Source: Candidatus Versatilivorator sp.
Lineage (GTDB): Bacteria; Acidobacteriota; Terriglobia; Versatilivoradales; Versatilivoraceae
Assembly: GCA_965207735.1 (NCBI GenBank)
Contig: OZ242296.1
Location: forward strand, 2,848,001-2,912,000
DNA length: 64,000 bases
Reading direction: 5' to 3'
This document shows positions 28,224-37,722 of this stretch, piece by piece; position 1 is the stretch's first letter, and the number at the start of each line of letters is the position of its first letter. The translations under genes were made by a program, and so were the position numbers. The notes under the pieces are model-generated. The model was not told where the DNA came from and did not search any database. It was given only the letters and a program-made list of their open reading frames with translations.

Positions 28224-31200
28224 TCACAGCTCTTCAATCCTGATCCATTGAACAGCACACCCCAGATTACGGTAATCCGAAGACGCTCCAGCCTGGCTGG
28301 GGTTCCACATGGGGCGCACCGCAAAGCGAATGGTCGTGGGGCCTTTGTCAATGGCTCCCGGTGCAATGGGGAATGCGTACTCCTGGAACTGCTCCCCTAC
28401 CCCGATCAGCTCTTTTGTGTCCAGTCTCATCTCATTGACCCAAACGGTGAGAAATTGTCGGAACTTGGGATCCGGATTCGACTTGACGGTTCGGATCACG
28501 AGTTGATAGTCCTCGCCAGGATTCAAGGGAACAGGCCATACCAGGCTTGGAGCAAGCCCGGACCAGGAATACCCGTCAGCTTCCACCGGATAGAAATCAT
28601 TCCGTTCTACTCCCTCGCACTCGGCAATGAATCCCACCTGATAGGCACGGGTCCCACCCATCGGAACCAATGACTGGAGCTTGAGGCAATCCAGCATAAA
28701 CCCCAGATCACGTGTATCCTGACCATACCCCATGGCCGAAGGGTTAAAGGACTGCGATCGAATCTCGACGAGGTTTCTCTCCCCTCGGGCCAACTGCGAT
28801 CGGTCGATCGGAATTTTGTAGTCGCTAAATCCCGGGGACAACCGTAAGGACCCCAAATCATGACCGTTTAGAAGGATCCGGATGGGAGATTCGGTTGCTG
28901 CCCCAGCGTCCGTCCGAGATAGACGTGCGATCAGAACTGCCGGGTAAGTGGTATCGATTTCTGGCATCTCCACAGAAGCATCCCCCCGGCTCCATCGGAA
29001 CGTATTGCCGCCTGACTCAAGTTCCGCTTGATAAAACCCTTTGGACGCGTAGCCGAAGCTGGAGTGCCGGTTGAGAGCTTGGATTGGCTTGGGGTGTTCT
29101 CGCTTACGAGGCTTTACCTCGTAAAGCTGAAGACTGTAGTGCACTTTTTGCATTTTCTGGGGAAGACGCTCAAAAGTACGTTCAACCAAGTCGCTGGCGA
29201 AATGAAAGCGTTCGCTGGGCTCGAACAGGTACTTGGAACTGTCCAGAGATGTCCACTCGTCACAGGAAATGAGAAAGACTCTCTTTTTTTGGGCTAGAAA
29301 TTCCCCGACCACCTGCTCAAACGAGGCGGGATCCGGCTCGTCGTGCGCAAGAGGAAATACGGACTGCCCGAACAGATTCCTAAGGGGACCGACAAAAAAC
29401 TCCTGAGCTCGGCCGTACTCGAACAGGATCACATCCGCTTCTCTTGTCCGGCTGGCAAGTAACGCCATTTGCGCCCAGGATCCACCAAGCTCTCCTTGGC
29501 GCAAAAAGGGCCAGGCCGCAATCGTCTGAGTGGCAATCATGGCCACCAACAACCCCGATCCGCAAACCCGCGGCAAATATCGACGAAAGGTGGATTGAGC
29601 CGCTACCCATGGGTATCTGGAAGCCAACCGACAAAAGCGCTGGATTGCCAGGCCTGCCAGGATAAGCATTGCCGGAATCGCGACTTCGGCATAGCGGCGG
29701 ACGACCCAGTAGTTGTCGGGAAAGGCGCGAGACTTGTAACCGTAGAACAGCAGGAAAGCCGCCAGCAGGAGCAAGAATGGCAAGGGGCGCACCTGTCCTC
29801 TCAATACGACCTGACGCAGTGCCACGATAGCGCCGATAAGGGCCAGACAAAGGCCCAAGGGAGAGAGATACCATCCCAGGCGAACCAGATTCAACTCGTC
29901 GTAGTAGGACACGAATCCCTGGTGGGGGGCGGCCAGCGGCAGCAGGTTGGCGCCCGAGTCCATCATGGGGCGGAAAAAATATCCCCAGGCGAAGGCAATA
30001 ATCAACAAACCCGAGAGGGTCACGAAGACGATCCGGCGCCGGGTCGCGGGATCTCCCCACGACATGGAAGGGGGAAACCGTAGCTCCCACCAGGCTCCCA
30101 TCAGCCGCCTTGAAGACCACGCCGCGGCCGTTGCCAACAAGGCCAGAGCCAACAGCCACCCCCATTGGCGGTCAAGGAAGGAAAGCACACCCTGGTTGAA
30201 CAGGATACCCAACACGTAGGGATAGGCAAAAAGCACAATGTGATCCAAAGAAAAAGCCAAACCGATGGCCAAACCTGCTGCGACTGGTCGGACCGGCAAG
30301 CCGACCCGCCACTTGGGCACCAACCACACCAGAAACAGGAACAACGACACTGCCAGAATCGCCAGCACGGAATCAATGCGCACCATCAGGCTCAATCCGA
30401 CCACCAATCCCGAAAGAAATCCCAGACCGGTTTGCCGGCGGGACAAGGCCAGCGTCAACATCCAAACCCCGGCAAGAATCAGTACCTGGGCCAAGATCTC
30501 GCTGAAGGGGCTTCGGACCAACCAAATCTGACCCAGGTTCAGGCAAAGTAAGGTGGAGGCCATCAACCCGATTGTCCTGGACCGAAAAATCTCAACGGCC
30601 AGTGCAACCAACAGCACGAGGCTCAGCAAACCCAGGATGACATTGAAACCGAACAGTCCGTCGAACCTCCAGAGTTTGAATGCCAGGGACAGCCAGAGCG
30701 GAAACAGGTGTAGATACTGCGGCAACATTTCCCCGGTCTCCGCATCCAGCAGCGAAAAACCCGGCACGGCTTCCAGGTAAAGCGCATTTTCAAGAAGGAC
30801 CGGCAGGAACAGTTTCTGCCGGTCCTCATCAAAATCCTGAAAGTCAGGATCGCTGAAACGCAAGCCCTGCTCTTGAGCCAAGCGCACCGCGATGTTGGCA
30901 TGTTCCCCGGGATCTCTCTGGCTGGTGATATATTCGGCTGTTTTTCCGAAGGTGAATAACCCCAGCAGCAGGATGCCTGCCAGCCACAGATCGCTCCACC
31001 CCAACCGTGGCCGCCACCGGACCGCCAGCCAGAGGTTGACCGGCCGGCGCCATCTCAGAGTCCCTGACTTCAACAGGCCGGCGAAACAGACTACGCTGTA
31101 TACCGCCAACAGAACAAACAGATAGCGCACTCGAAGCCCACCCCGCTGGGCGCTCACAATGAGGAAACAGGAGGTTACAACCAATCCGCAGACAGTGCTG

Positions 31201-31382
31201 AGCAAGGCGGGGCCGATCAGGCTCGTGAACAGGTCGGTCCGGGTGCGGTACGGTGTTCCCGATCCGCCAGGATCCGGAAGCCGCCCAACGGCAAGCCGGT
31301 AGGTCAACCAACCGCTGACGCCAAACAGGCCGGCGAATTGAAACAGAAGCAAGTAGTCCTTCCAGCCTGGAACAAAATCCAT
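28224..31382 (-). CDS. Large polytopic membrane protein, GT-C/ArnT-like glycosyltransferase with C-terminal periplasmic beta domains
   Basis: Many TM helices, RDPG loop, SEIL, RID, RRY motifs; repeated RW/DTRDLG/RNLG domains; downstream of galE. Confidence 0.6.
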   Translation of the reverse strand: MDFVPGWKDYLLLFQFAGLFGVSGWLTYRLAVGRLPDPGGSGTPYRTRTDLFTSLIGPALLSTVCGLVVTSCFLIVSAQRGGLRVRYLFVLLAVYSVVCFAGLLKSGTLRWRRPVNLWLAVRWRPRLGWSDLWLAGILLLGLFTFGKTAEYITSQRDPGEHANIAVRLAQEQGLRFSDPDFQDFDEDRQKLFLPVLLENALYLEAVPGFSLLDAETGEMLPQYLHLFPLWLSLAFKLWRFDGLFGFNVILGLLSLVLLVALAVEIFRSRTIGLMASTLLCLNLGQIWLVRSPFSEILAQVLILAGVWMLTLALSRRQTGLGFLSGLVVGLSLMVRIDSVLAILAVSLFLFLVWLVPKWRVGLPVRPVAAGLAIGLAFSLDHIVLFAYPYVLGILFNQGVLSFLDRQWGWLLALALLATAAAWSSRRLMGAWWELRFPPSMSWGDPATRRRIVFVTLSGLLIIAFAWGYFFRPMMDSGANLLPLAAPHQGFVSYYDELNLVRLGWYLSPLGLCLALIGAIVALRQVVLRGQVRPLPFLLLLAAFLLFYGYKSRAFPDNYWVVRRYAEVAIPAMLILAGLAIQRFCRLASRYPWVAAQSTFRRYLPRVCGSGLLVAMIATQTIAAWPFLRQGELGGSWAQMALLASRTREADVILFEYGRAQEFFVGPLRNLFGQSVFPLAHDEPDPASFEQVVGEFLAQKKRVFLISCDEWTSLDSSKYLFEPSERFHFASDLVERTFERLPQKMQKVHYSLQLYEVKPRKREHPKPIQALNRHSSFGYASKGFYQAELESGGNTFRWSRGDASVEMPEIDTTYPAVLIARLSRTDAGAATESPIRILLNGHDLGSLRLSPGFSDYKIPIDRSQLARGERNLVEIRSQSFNPSAMGYGQDTRDLGFMLDCLKLQSLVPMGGTRAYQVGFIAECEGVERNDFYPVEADGYSWSGLAPSLVWPVPLNPGEDYQLVIRTVKSNPDPKFRQFLTVWVNEMRLDTKELIGVGEQFQEYAFPIAPGAIDKGPTTIRFAVRPMWNPSQAGASSDYRNLGCAVQWIRIEEL

Positions 31383-31424
31383 GGGAATTCCTCATGCCGA
31401 CCGCCCTTGTGTGTCCAGGATCGG

Positions 31425-32414
31425 TCAGCCCAAAAGTTGCTTGCGTTGCCAGTTCAGCGCGGTTGCAACGATGTCGTCCAGGCAGCCATGTTTCGGTGCC
31501 CAGGCCAGAACCTTGAAAGCTTCGGAGGCATCAGCCACCAGGGTCGAAGGATCTCCGGTTCGCCGCGGGCCCTCCTTCACAGGCACCGCCCTGCCCGAAA
31601 GCCGTGCGACCGCCGCAACGATCTGTCTCACCGAGTGTCCCCGTCCCGTCCCCAAGTTCAGCGCAACACTCCGGCCGCCGTCCAGCGAATAGCGTAGGGC
31701 CAACCCGTGGGCCTCAGCCAGATCCGAAACGTGGACATAGTCTCGAACCGCGGTACCGTCAGGTGTTGCATAATCCGTCCCGAAAATCTCAAAACAGCTT
31801 CGCTTCCCGAAGGCCGTTTCTATGGCCAGGGGGATCACGTGAGTTTCGGGTCGATGGCTTTCGCCGATCTCGCCGTCCGGGTCGGCGCCGGCAGCATTGA
31901 AGTATCTCAGACAGACGTAGCCAATGCCATAGGCCATGCTGAAATCCCGCAGCATGTGCTCCACGACCAGCTTGCTTACCCCGTAGGGGGTGATCGGAAC
32001 CTTGGCCTGAGTCTCCGGGATCGGAAGCTTCCCCGGCACTCCATAGATGGCGCAACTGCTGGAAAAGACAATGGACCCTATGCCCCGATCCAGCATTCCC
32101 TTCAGAAGGTTCAGGCTTCCCACCAGATTGTTGTGGTAATACCTGGCCGGATCCACCACCGACTCGCCGACGTCACACAGGTCTGCAAGGTGCATCACCC
32201 CGACCGGCCGATGCTGCTCAATCACTGCTTTCAATCCAGCCTCATCCGTCAAATCAACCCTTTCGAACGGTCCCCACTTTACCGCCGATTGATGTCCACG
32301 GGAGAGACAGTCCACTGCGACCGGATTAAATCCCTCGGTTGCCAGCGACTTGCAGACATGGCTGCCGACATAACCGGCTCCACCGGTGACCAGTATGGTT
32401 TGCCCCAGGACCAC
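31425..32414 (-). CDS. galE: UDP-glucose 4-epimerase
   Basis: TGGAGYVGSH, VGESV.DP..YY.NN, YGVSK, LRYFNAAGADP, DGTAVRDYVHV. Confidence 0.92.
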   Translation of the reverse strand: MVLGQTILVTGGAGYVGSHVCKSLATEGFNPVAVDCLSRGHQSAVKWGPFERVDLTDEAGLKAVIEQHRPVGVMHLADLCDVGESVVDPARYYHNNLVGSLNLLKGMLDRGIGSIVFSSSCAIYGVPGKLPIPETQAKVPITPYGVSKLVVEHMLRDFSMAYGIGYVCLRYFNAAGADPDGEIGESHRPETHVIPLAIETAFGKRSCFEIFGTDYATPDGTAVRDYVHVSDLAEAHGLALRYSLDGGRSVALNLGTGRGHSVRQIVAAVARLSGRAVPVKEGPRRTGDPSTLVADASEAFKVLAWAPKHGCLDDIVATALNWQRKQLLG

Positions 32415-32961
32415 GCTTGCCTTCCCACAGGGGCCAGATCAATGGCCCGCTTCCGGAGCCACTGCTCCTGATGGCCCCAGTTCGACTCATTCAATCAGAA
32501 AACGCCGGTCGCCGCAATTGAGGGGTAAGCGAGACTGCACCTCAGACCGGCAAGGAATGAAAGGGGAAAATGATCTCGGCGAACGGGCAGGAAGAAGCAC
32601 GAAGGAACACGAATAGACTTATTACGGAGTCCAGTGGCCCGCCACCGCGTTGCCTTGCCCCAGAGGACGGTCTACAATGCGCCGATTGTTAGAGGCGGAT
32701 TTCTCACCGAAAAGCTGCGTCAATGTTGAAACGATATTTATCCCTATTTCTGACCAAGAATCTATTGGACCACCCAAGAGGTTTATTGACAGAATGGCGA
32801 GCGATCCACACTGAGTCCGTGAGTCCAGACCATCGAGTAAGGTGGCAATTTGCCCCTGCTGCGGATTGGAGACCGCTGGTTGTGCGGCCGGTCTGTGGTG
32901 TGTTGGCGCGGACCGTGACAGGCTGCAGAGTCCCGCTCGGCTCCGCTGTCCAGCACTTGGC

Positions 32962-33365
32962 TTCTTAGCCGGCTCGACCGCCTTCTCTCAGGGATCAATG
33001 TGGAGGGAGCGCCCCCCCGAGGGGCGGGGTAAGTGGTGGGCCGAAGGGTGGACCACTTACCCCTCCCCGGTGGCGCACCAGCGCCGAAAAAGGGTCGCTC
33101 CCTCCACTTCCGCCTCCTCCTGTGCGGCGCCACGACGCGCCGTGCGAGGCGGGGACCCGCGGCGCCGGCGCCGTACTACGCTTTACCGCAGAGGACTCGG
33201 GGAATCCGTTCCAACCCGCTTCCAATGCGGGTTTCCGGGCACAACCTGGACCACAACGGGGAGGACTGCGCCCTCTGAGAGAGGAGCGTTGGGGTGGTCA
33301 AAAGCGTGCGCCACTTAGTGAGCCACCTCGGTGAGCCACCCCCCCTTTTTAAGGTGGCCACCCAT
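32962..33365. repeat. Conserved structured non-coding module, copy C
   Basis: IR 33000-33107 and GTGMGCCAC triplet 33306-33339 overlapping the stop of the adjacent gene. Confidence 0.8.
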
Positions 33366-34310
33366 ACGACGGCACCGCCTTGACCCCCAGAGGTGGAATT
33401 CGTCGATCATTCCCTGGCCCTGGGGCTCCGGCATTGCCTGCTGCAATTGGTTGATTTTCTTGAGGGCGGCATTGAGGCCGCCATAGCGTTCGACTGTTTC
33501 CCGGTCGGCGCTGGAGACAGCCCACCGTAGAGTGAGAAGCTCTCTGCCGGCCTCAGTCAGGTCCCTGCCTACCCAGGATCGCATCACCCGCTCGGCGCGG
33601 TCCAGCAGTTCCTGCTCCCAGGCAACGGCAACCACTTCGATCCGCCACCCTAACTCGCGCAGCATCTGCCAGAGCGGCCGGTGGGCCTCTCTCCAGGAGT
33701 CCAGCTCAGTACGGGTTTCCATGCCGGGGTCGATGTAGACGAACAGGGCCGCCTCCGGCCCCATGGCAACCGGCATCCTGAGGGGAAAATACTGGACCCG
33801 CCCCTTGGCATGGCCGGCGTAGATCCTGCGGGGCAGCATCCATGGCTCGATCCCGAGCTGTTGGAAGCAAGCGAGCTTCTCCCGCTCGGTCGGCAGCCAG
33901 GCCAACTCCGGATGATCGAGCACGAAATCGAGCAATAGCAGTCGCCGGCGGGTGACTTCAAGCGAGGTCTCCCGGCGGTGACGGATGGGGGGGATCTCCA
34001 GTTCCCCGTAGATCTGCTTGCCGAAGATCCGGCAAATCCGGCGGCCGTCGGTGATGGTCTCCGACGCGATTGGCTTGTGGGAAATGCGTGTCCGGAGCAA
34101 TGCCCGGATAAAGCGGTTGGCGCTGGACTTGGCGTATCCGAAGAAAGCCTCGACCTGGTCCCGGGTGAACAGGCCCGAGTGCAGGCAGACCAGGGTGATC
34201 CATTCGGCCTGTTGGGGGGTGAAGCCAAGAGGCCTCAGCAGTTTTTCCCGTCCCTTCAGGTGAGGAAACTTCGTCGTTTCCTTGGGTCGGCCGACCTGGA
34301 GAAAGGTCAT
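33315..34310 (-). CDS. Uncharacterised wHTH-like protein, candidate replication/relaxation protein of the island
   Basis: GFTPQQAEWITLVCLHSGLFTRDQV..FIRAL; follows integrase; remnants at two other module copies; function inferred. Confidence 0.6.
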   Translation of the reverse strand: MTFLQVGRPKETTKFPHLKGREKLLRPLGFTPQQAEWITLVCLHSGLFTRDQVEAFFGYAKSSANRFIRALLRTRISHKPIASETITDGRRICRIFGKQIYGELEIPPIRHRRETSLEVTRRRLLLLDFVLDHPELAWLPTEREKLACFQQLGIEPWMLPRRIYAGHAKGRVQYFPLRMPVAMGPEAALFVYIDPGMETRTELDSWREAHRPLWQMLRELGWRIEVVAVAWEQELLDRAERVMRSWVGRDLTEAGRELLTLRWAVSSADRETVERYGGLNAALKKINQLQQAMPEPQGQGMIDEFHLWGSRRCRRMGGHLKKGGWLTEVAH

Positions 34311-34430
34311 CAGAATTCCATGGGGTTCCACAGGGAAACAAAACGGTGGTTCGGCGGGGAGCTGCGGTTCACTGCCAACGAGCAGGGAGATGGCAATGGA
34401 TTGTTTCAGGACCGATCCCCCTGGGCCTCT

Positions 34431-35663
34431 TTACTCTCGGGGCTTCCGGTCCTCCCCCATCCCCTGGTCCAGATAACGCGCCCAGTCGTCCATCAGGACA
34501 CGCCGGCGCTCGAACAGGTCGGAGCGGGCATAGGCCGCCTCCACCCGGTTCCGGACCACATGCGCCAGGGCCGCCTCGATCACCTCTCGTGAATGATCGG
34601 TCTCCTCACCTGCCCAGTCCCGGAAGCTGGAGCGGAACCCGTGCGGCACCGCCGCAATCCCAAGATCCCGCACCATCCACCTCAGCTGCTTGTCGTCGAG
34701 CGGCTCCCCTTGCCCACGGGTGAACACCAGAGGTCCGGATCCTTTGCCCAGTGCCTCCACTGCCTTGAGAATCTCCAGGGCACGTCCACACAGCGGCACC
34801 CGGTGCTGGCGGTTGGCCTTCATCCGACTGGCCGGGACGGTCCATACACCAGCGTCCCGATCGATCTCCGCCCATTCGGCCCAGCGCACCTCACTCCACC
34901 TGGCTGCCGTCAGTACCAGGAACTCGAAGGCCAGCTTGGCTACCTCCGACGCTGTCGCTGCCCGCACCGTCCGGATGGCCGCAGCCACCTCCCTATGCGG
35001 CAAGGCCCGCATGTGCTCGGTAACGTCCTGTTGGGGACCCAGGACCGGGCCGATCCTGTCGCAGGGGTTGTCGATTCTGTACTCCATGGCTACGGCCCAT
35101 TCCAGGACCGCCCGCAGGCGCTGGCGCACCCGCCGGGCGCTGGAGGCCTTCCGGTGCCAGATAGGGGTGAGGATCTCAAGCAGATCGGCGCTGGTGACCT
35201 CTGAGACCGGCATCTTGCCGATGCGGGGGAAGGCGTACCGCCTCAGGCTGGACATCCACTCGCGGTGGTGACGCCGGCCTCGCCAGCCGTCCCGCTTCTG
35301 TTCCAGCACACGTGAGGCTGCTTCGACAAAGGTGGGAATACCCTCGGTGCGTCGCTTCTCGGCAAGAGGATCTCCGCCCTCACGGGCCAGCTTGCGGTTA
35401 GCCAGGGCCTTCTCCCTGGCCTCGGCCAGGGAGACCAGGGCGAGGCTGCCGAGACCGAGCTCCCGGCGACGGCCACGGACGACAAGGCGTTGAATCCAAC
35501 TGCGGGTTCCGCTGGGCTGGACGAAGAGGTACAATCCGTTTCCATCGGCGTATCTTCCGGGCGGAGCGGAGCGCAGGAAGGCGGCCGAGAGGGCGTTGCT
35601 GGGGTGGCGGCCGGCGGGTTTGGTCTTGGGTCGGACAGGAGCGAAGTCCGTTACAGTATCCAT
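34431..35663 (-). CDS. P4-like tyrosine integrase with N-terminal arm-binding domain
   Basis: GRYADGNGLYL..SW..RRRELGLG arm domain; catalytic R (TAAR), K, HGFR, LAH, Y. Confidence 0.93.
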   Translation of the reverse strand: MDTVTDFAPVRPKTKPAGRHPSNALSAAFLRSAPPGRYADGNGLYLFVQPSGTRSWIQRLVVRGRRRELGLGSLALVSLAEAREKALANRKLAREGGDPLAEKRRTEGIPTFVEAASRVLEQKRDGWRGRRHHREWMSSLRRYAFPRIGKMPVSEVTSADLLEILTPIWHRKASSARRVRQRLRAVLEWAVAMEYRIDNPCDRIGPVLGPQQDVTEHMRALPHREVAAAIRTVRAATASEVAKLAFEFLVLTAARWSEVRWAEWAEIDRDAGVWTVPASRMKANRQHRVPLCGRALEILKAVEALGKGSGPLVFTRGQGEPLDDKQLRWMVRDLGIAAVPHGFRSSFRDWAGEETDHSREVIEAALAHVVRNRVEAAYARSDLFERRRVLMDDWARYLDQGMGEDRKPRE

Positions 35664-35895
35664 CCCCCCATTATATGGGGGATGGCAGTGGATTGCAAGG
35701 GATGTTGGTAGCAAGTCAAGCCACGGCAGGACTTATATAAAACACTCATAAATAAGACAGTTATAGACTCTACTGGACGGAGCTAGACATCACTGGATTT
35801 TATAGGGACGTTGCGGCGGCGGCAGCAATCATCCGCGGTATTCGATCTCAAACCTGCCGGACCGCTCCCACCCCAGTCCGCACCCTGAAGACTCC

Positions 35896-35927
35896 AAAAA
35901 ACAAAACCCCCGGCGTAAGCGCGGGGG
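35896..35927 (-). terminator. Rho-independent terminator of the LRR gene
   Basis: CCCCCGCGCTTACGCCGGGGG followed by TTTTGTTTTTT on minus strand. Confidence 0.7.
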
Positions 35928-35971
35928 TCCGAGTTGAACCGCAAATGTTTTAGCAGCCTTCAGAAGCCAAA

Positions 35972-36619
35972 CTAGGACTTCTCTTCCTTCTTCTCTTCCG
36001 GTTCCTCTACTTCCGGCACTTCCGATTCCTTCCAGCCGACGTCGATCTTGCAGTCGGGCAGAGCCTTCTGCAGTTTCTCTACTCCGGCCTCGGTCACCTT
36101 GGTCTGCCACAAGTAGAGATTCTTGAGCCCCTTCAACCCCTCCAGGTGTGCCAAGCCGGCGTCGGTGATGCCGGTCTGATAGAGGTTGATGTAAGCCAGG
36201 TTCTGCAGATCTTTCAGATTCGCCAAGCCGGCGTCCGAGACCTTGGTCCTCTCCAGGTGGAGGCGCGTCAGCGAAGTCAACCCCGCCAGGTGGGGCAATC
36301 CCTCGTCGGTCACGTCGGTCCCCCCCAAGTGAAGCCACACCAGGTTCTCTACCTCCTTCAGGACACCCAGCTCCCCGTCCAGGGCCGGAGGCTGGGGCGC
36401 TCCGGGCTTGGGAGTCTCGAACTGGCGCAACCCGTCATGGTTGCGGCCCAAGTGGAAATAGACCTCGAGGCCGTCGTCGTTCTGGGCGATCTTCATGACC
36501 TTGCCGCCGAGCTGCTCGATTTTCTGAACAATCGCCGAATCGGGTCCCCCTTCCTGCTGGGCCGCAGCCGACCCGATCATCGCGAAGGAGATCCAAACCG
36601 CCATGGTGATGCTCCGCAT
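35972..36619 (-). CDS. Exported leucine-rich-repeat protein
   Basis: Signal peptide MRSITMAVW..; repeats L..L.L..T.VTD.GL..L. Confidence 0.85.
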   Translation of the reverse strand: MRSITMAVWISFAMIGSAAAQQEGGPDSAIVQKIEQLGGKVMKIAQNDDGLEVYFHLGRNHDGLRQFETPKPGAPQPPALDGELGVLKEVENLVWLHLGGTDVTDEGLPHLAGLTSLTRLHLERTKVSDAGLANLKDLQNLAYINLYQTGITDAGLAHLEGLKGLKNLYLWQTKVTEAGVEKLQKALPDCKIDVGWKESEVPEVEEPEEKKEEKS

Positions 36620-36920
36620 GGAAACCTTCCTTTCCTGAACCCGGGATGGGCCTGTGATCTGCTCGACCCCGCCGGCAACTCCATCGTGAACTCGCCCCGA
36701 CGTGCCCGCGGCGCCGGTCCTGGTTCTCGACCCCTGGAAGCACCGAAACCACCCGGTTCGCCCGAGGCCGCGCTCCATTATACTCCTATACTCAGTGACG
36801 GCAATCCCCGGACCGGTTTGCAAGCAGCCGAGGACCGCGGGCGTCGATTACGGGCGTTGGGTTGCGCGGCGTTCCCACCACTCTCCGCCTTATGGGGCAA
36901 AAGCGACGTCACGGAATGAC

Positions 36921-37226
36921 GCCCCCCGGGAGCGCGGGCGTCCCGCCCGCACAAGGCCCGGCACAGCTTTGCCTTTCGCCTCCACTTCGATCAACCCGCA
37001 ATGGCGCCATTGCTCCCCTTCCGCCCGACTGACGCAATGCCCGACGACAGGTTCGCTTCCTGCAGCTTCGATCGCCCGGTTCGCGACGAGAGACATCTCC
37101 GACCAGTCAGGCGCATCCCGGCGGAGAACCCCGTTCAAGGACACCCGGTGTGGTCGGCCAGGGGCCGGCGGGGGAGGGCGTCGGCAGGGGCAGGATGCGG
37201 GCGGGACGCCCGAGCTCCCGGGGGGA
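36921..37226. repeat. REP-doublet / MITE-like element with terminal inverted repeats
   Basis: CCCCCCGGGAGCGCGGGCGTCCCGCCCGCA ... TGCGGGCGGGACGCCCGAGCTCCCGGGGGG. Confidence 0.65.
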
Positions 37227-37342
37227 TGCCGCCCGGCTGGGCGGCGGGAGTCTGACCTGCAACCCGCCACGCTTCGACGCCTTGTCGGAGCCGGCCTCTT
37301 GAAGTAAAATCCCGATCTCGAATTCAGTAAGGGGAAAACCCA

Positions 37343-37711
37343 ATGGTCGATGCCGCCCAGTTGACTCGCTGGCTGGACAAGCTCAGGAAGGGCACGCTCA
37401 CCGAACAGGATCTGCAGGAGGCCCTGGAGGAGCTCAAACAGCGGGGCAACGGCGCGCCGGCGCCCCAGAAGCTGCTCTACCTCCAGACCCACAGCACCGC
37501 CGTGGACTCTCCGGTCAACGGCATGTCCATCGTGGAGGGAGGTGAAGTGCGGCTGCCGCCCGACGACTACGAGGACTGGCCCTACCACACGGTGCTGGAC
37601 GCCCTGCAGGACGGGTGGCGGGTGGTCAAGTTCCCCGAGCTGTCCCTGCTGTTCGACCATCTCGACGAAGTCGACCGCTGGCTGGGGTGCGAGTTCATCC
37701 TGGAGAAATAG
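37343..37711 (+). CDS. Hypothetical protein
   Basis: Host-like codon usage, WPY..VLDALQDGWRVVKFP..CEFILEK; operonic with next gene. Confidence 0.75.
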   Translation: MVDAAQLTRWLDKLRKGTLTEQDLQEALEELKQRGNGAPAPQKLLYLQTHSTAVDSPVNGMSIVEGGEVRLPPDDYEDWPYHTVLDALQDGWRVVKFPELSLLFDHLDEVDRWLGCEFILEK

Positions 37712-37722
37712 GGAGGCCGCCT

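Larger units (their letters stand above)
21044..35821. mobile_element. Tyrosine-integrase genomic island (~14.8 kb) inserted in a REP unit
   Basis: GGCGGCG direct repeat at 21044-21050 and 35815-35821; AT-rich ends share TCCCC.CATTATAT and CACTGGA..GGACGTTG motifs; integrase at right end. Confidence 0.7.

Noticed and set aside
35801-35813. TATAGGGACGTTG as partner IR of the 48087-48115 repeat, forming a composite transposon
   Set aside because: Only ~12 nt match, and it is better explained as the island end motif shared with ~21150-21170
35813-35960. tRNA or tmRNA fragment at the integrase-proximal island end
   Set aside because: No cloverleaf or CCA end could be built; the sequence is explained by a split REP plus a terminator
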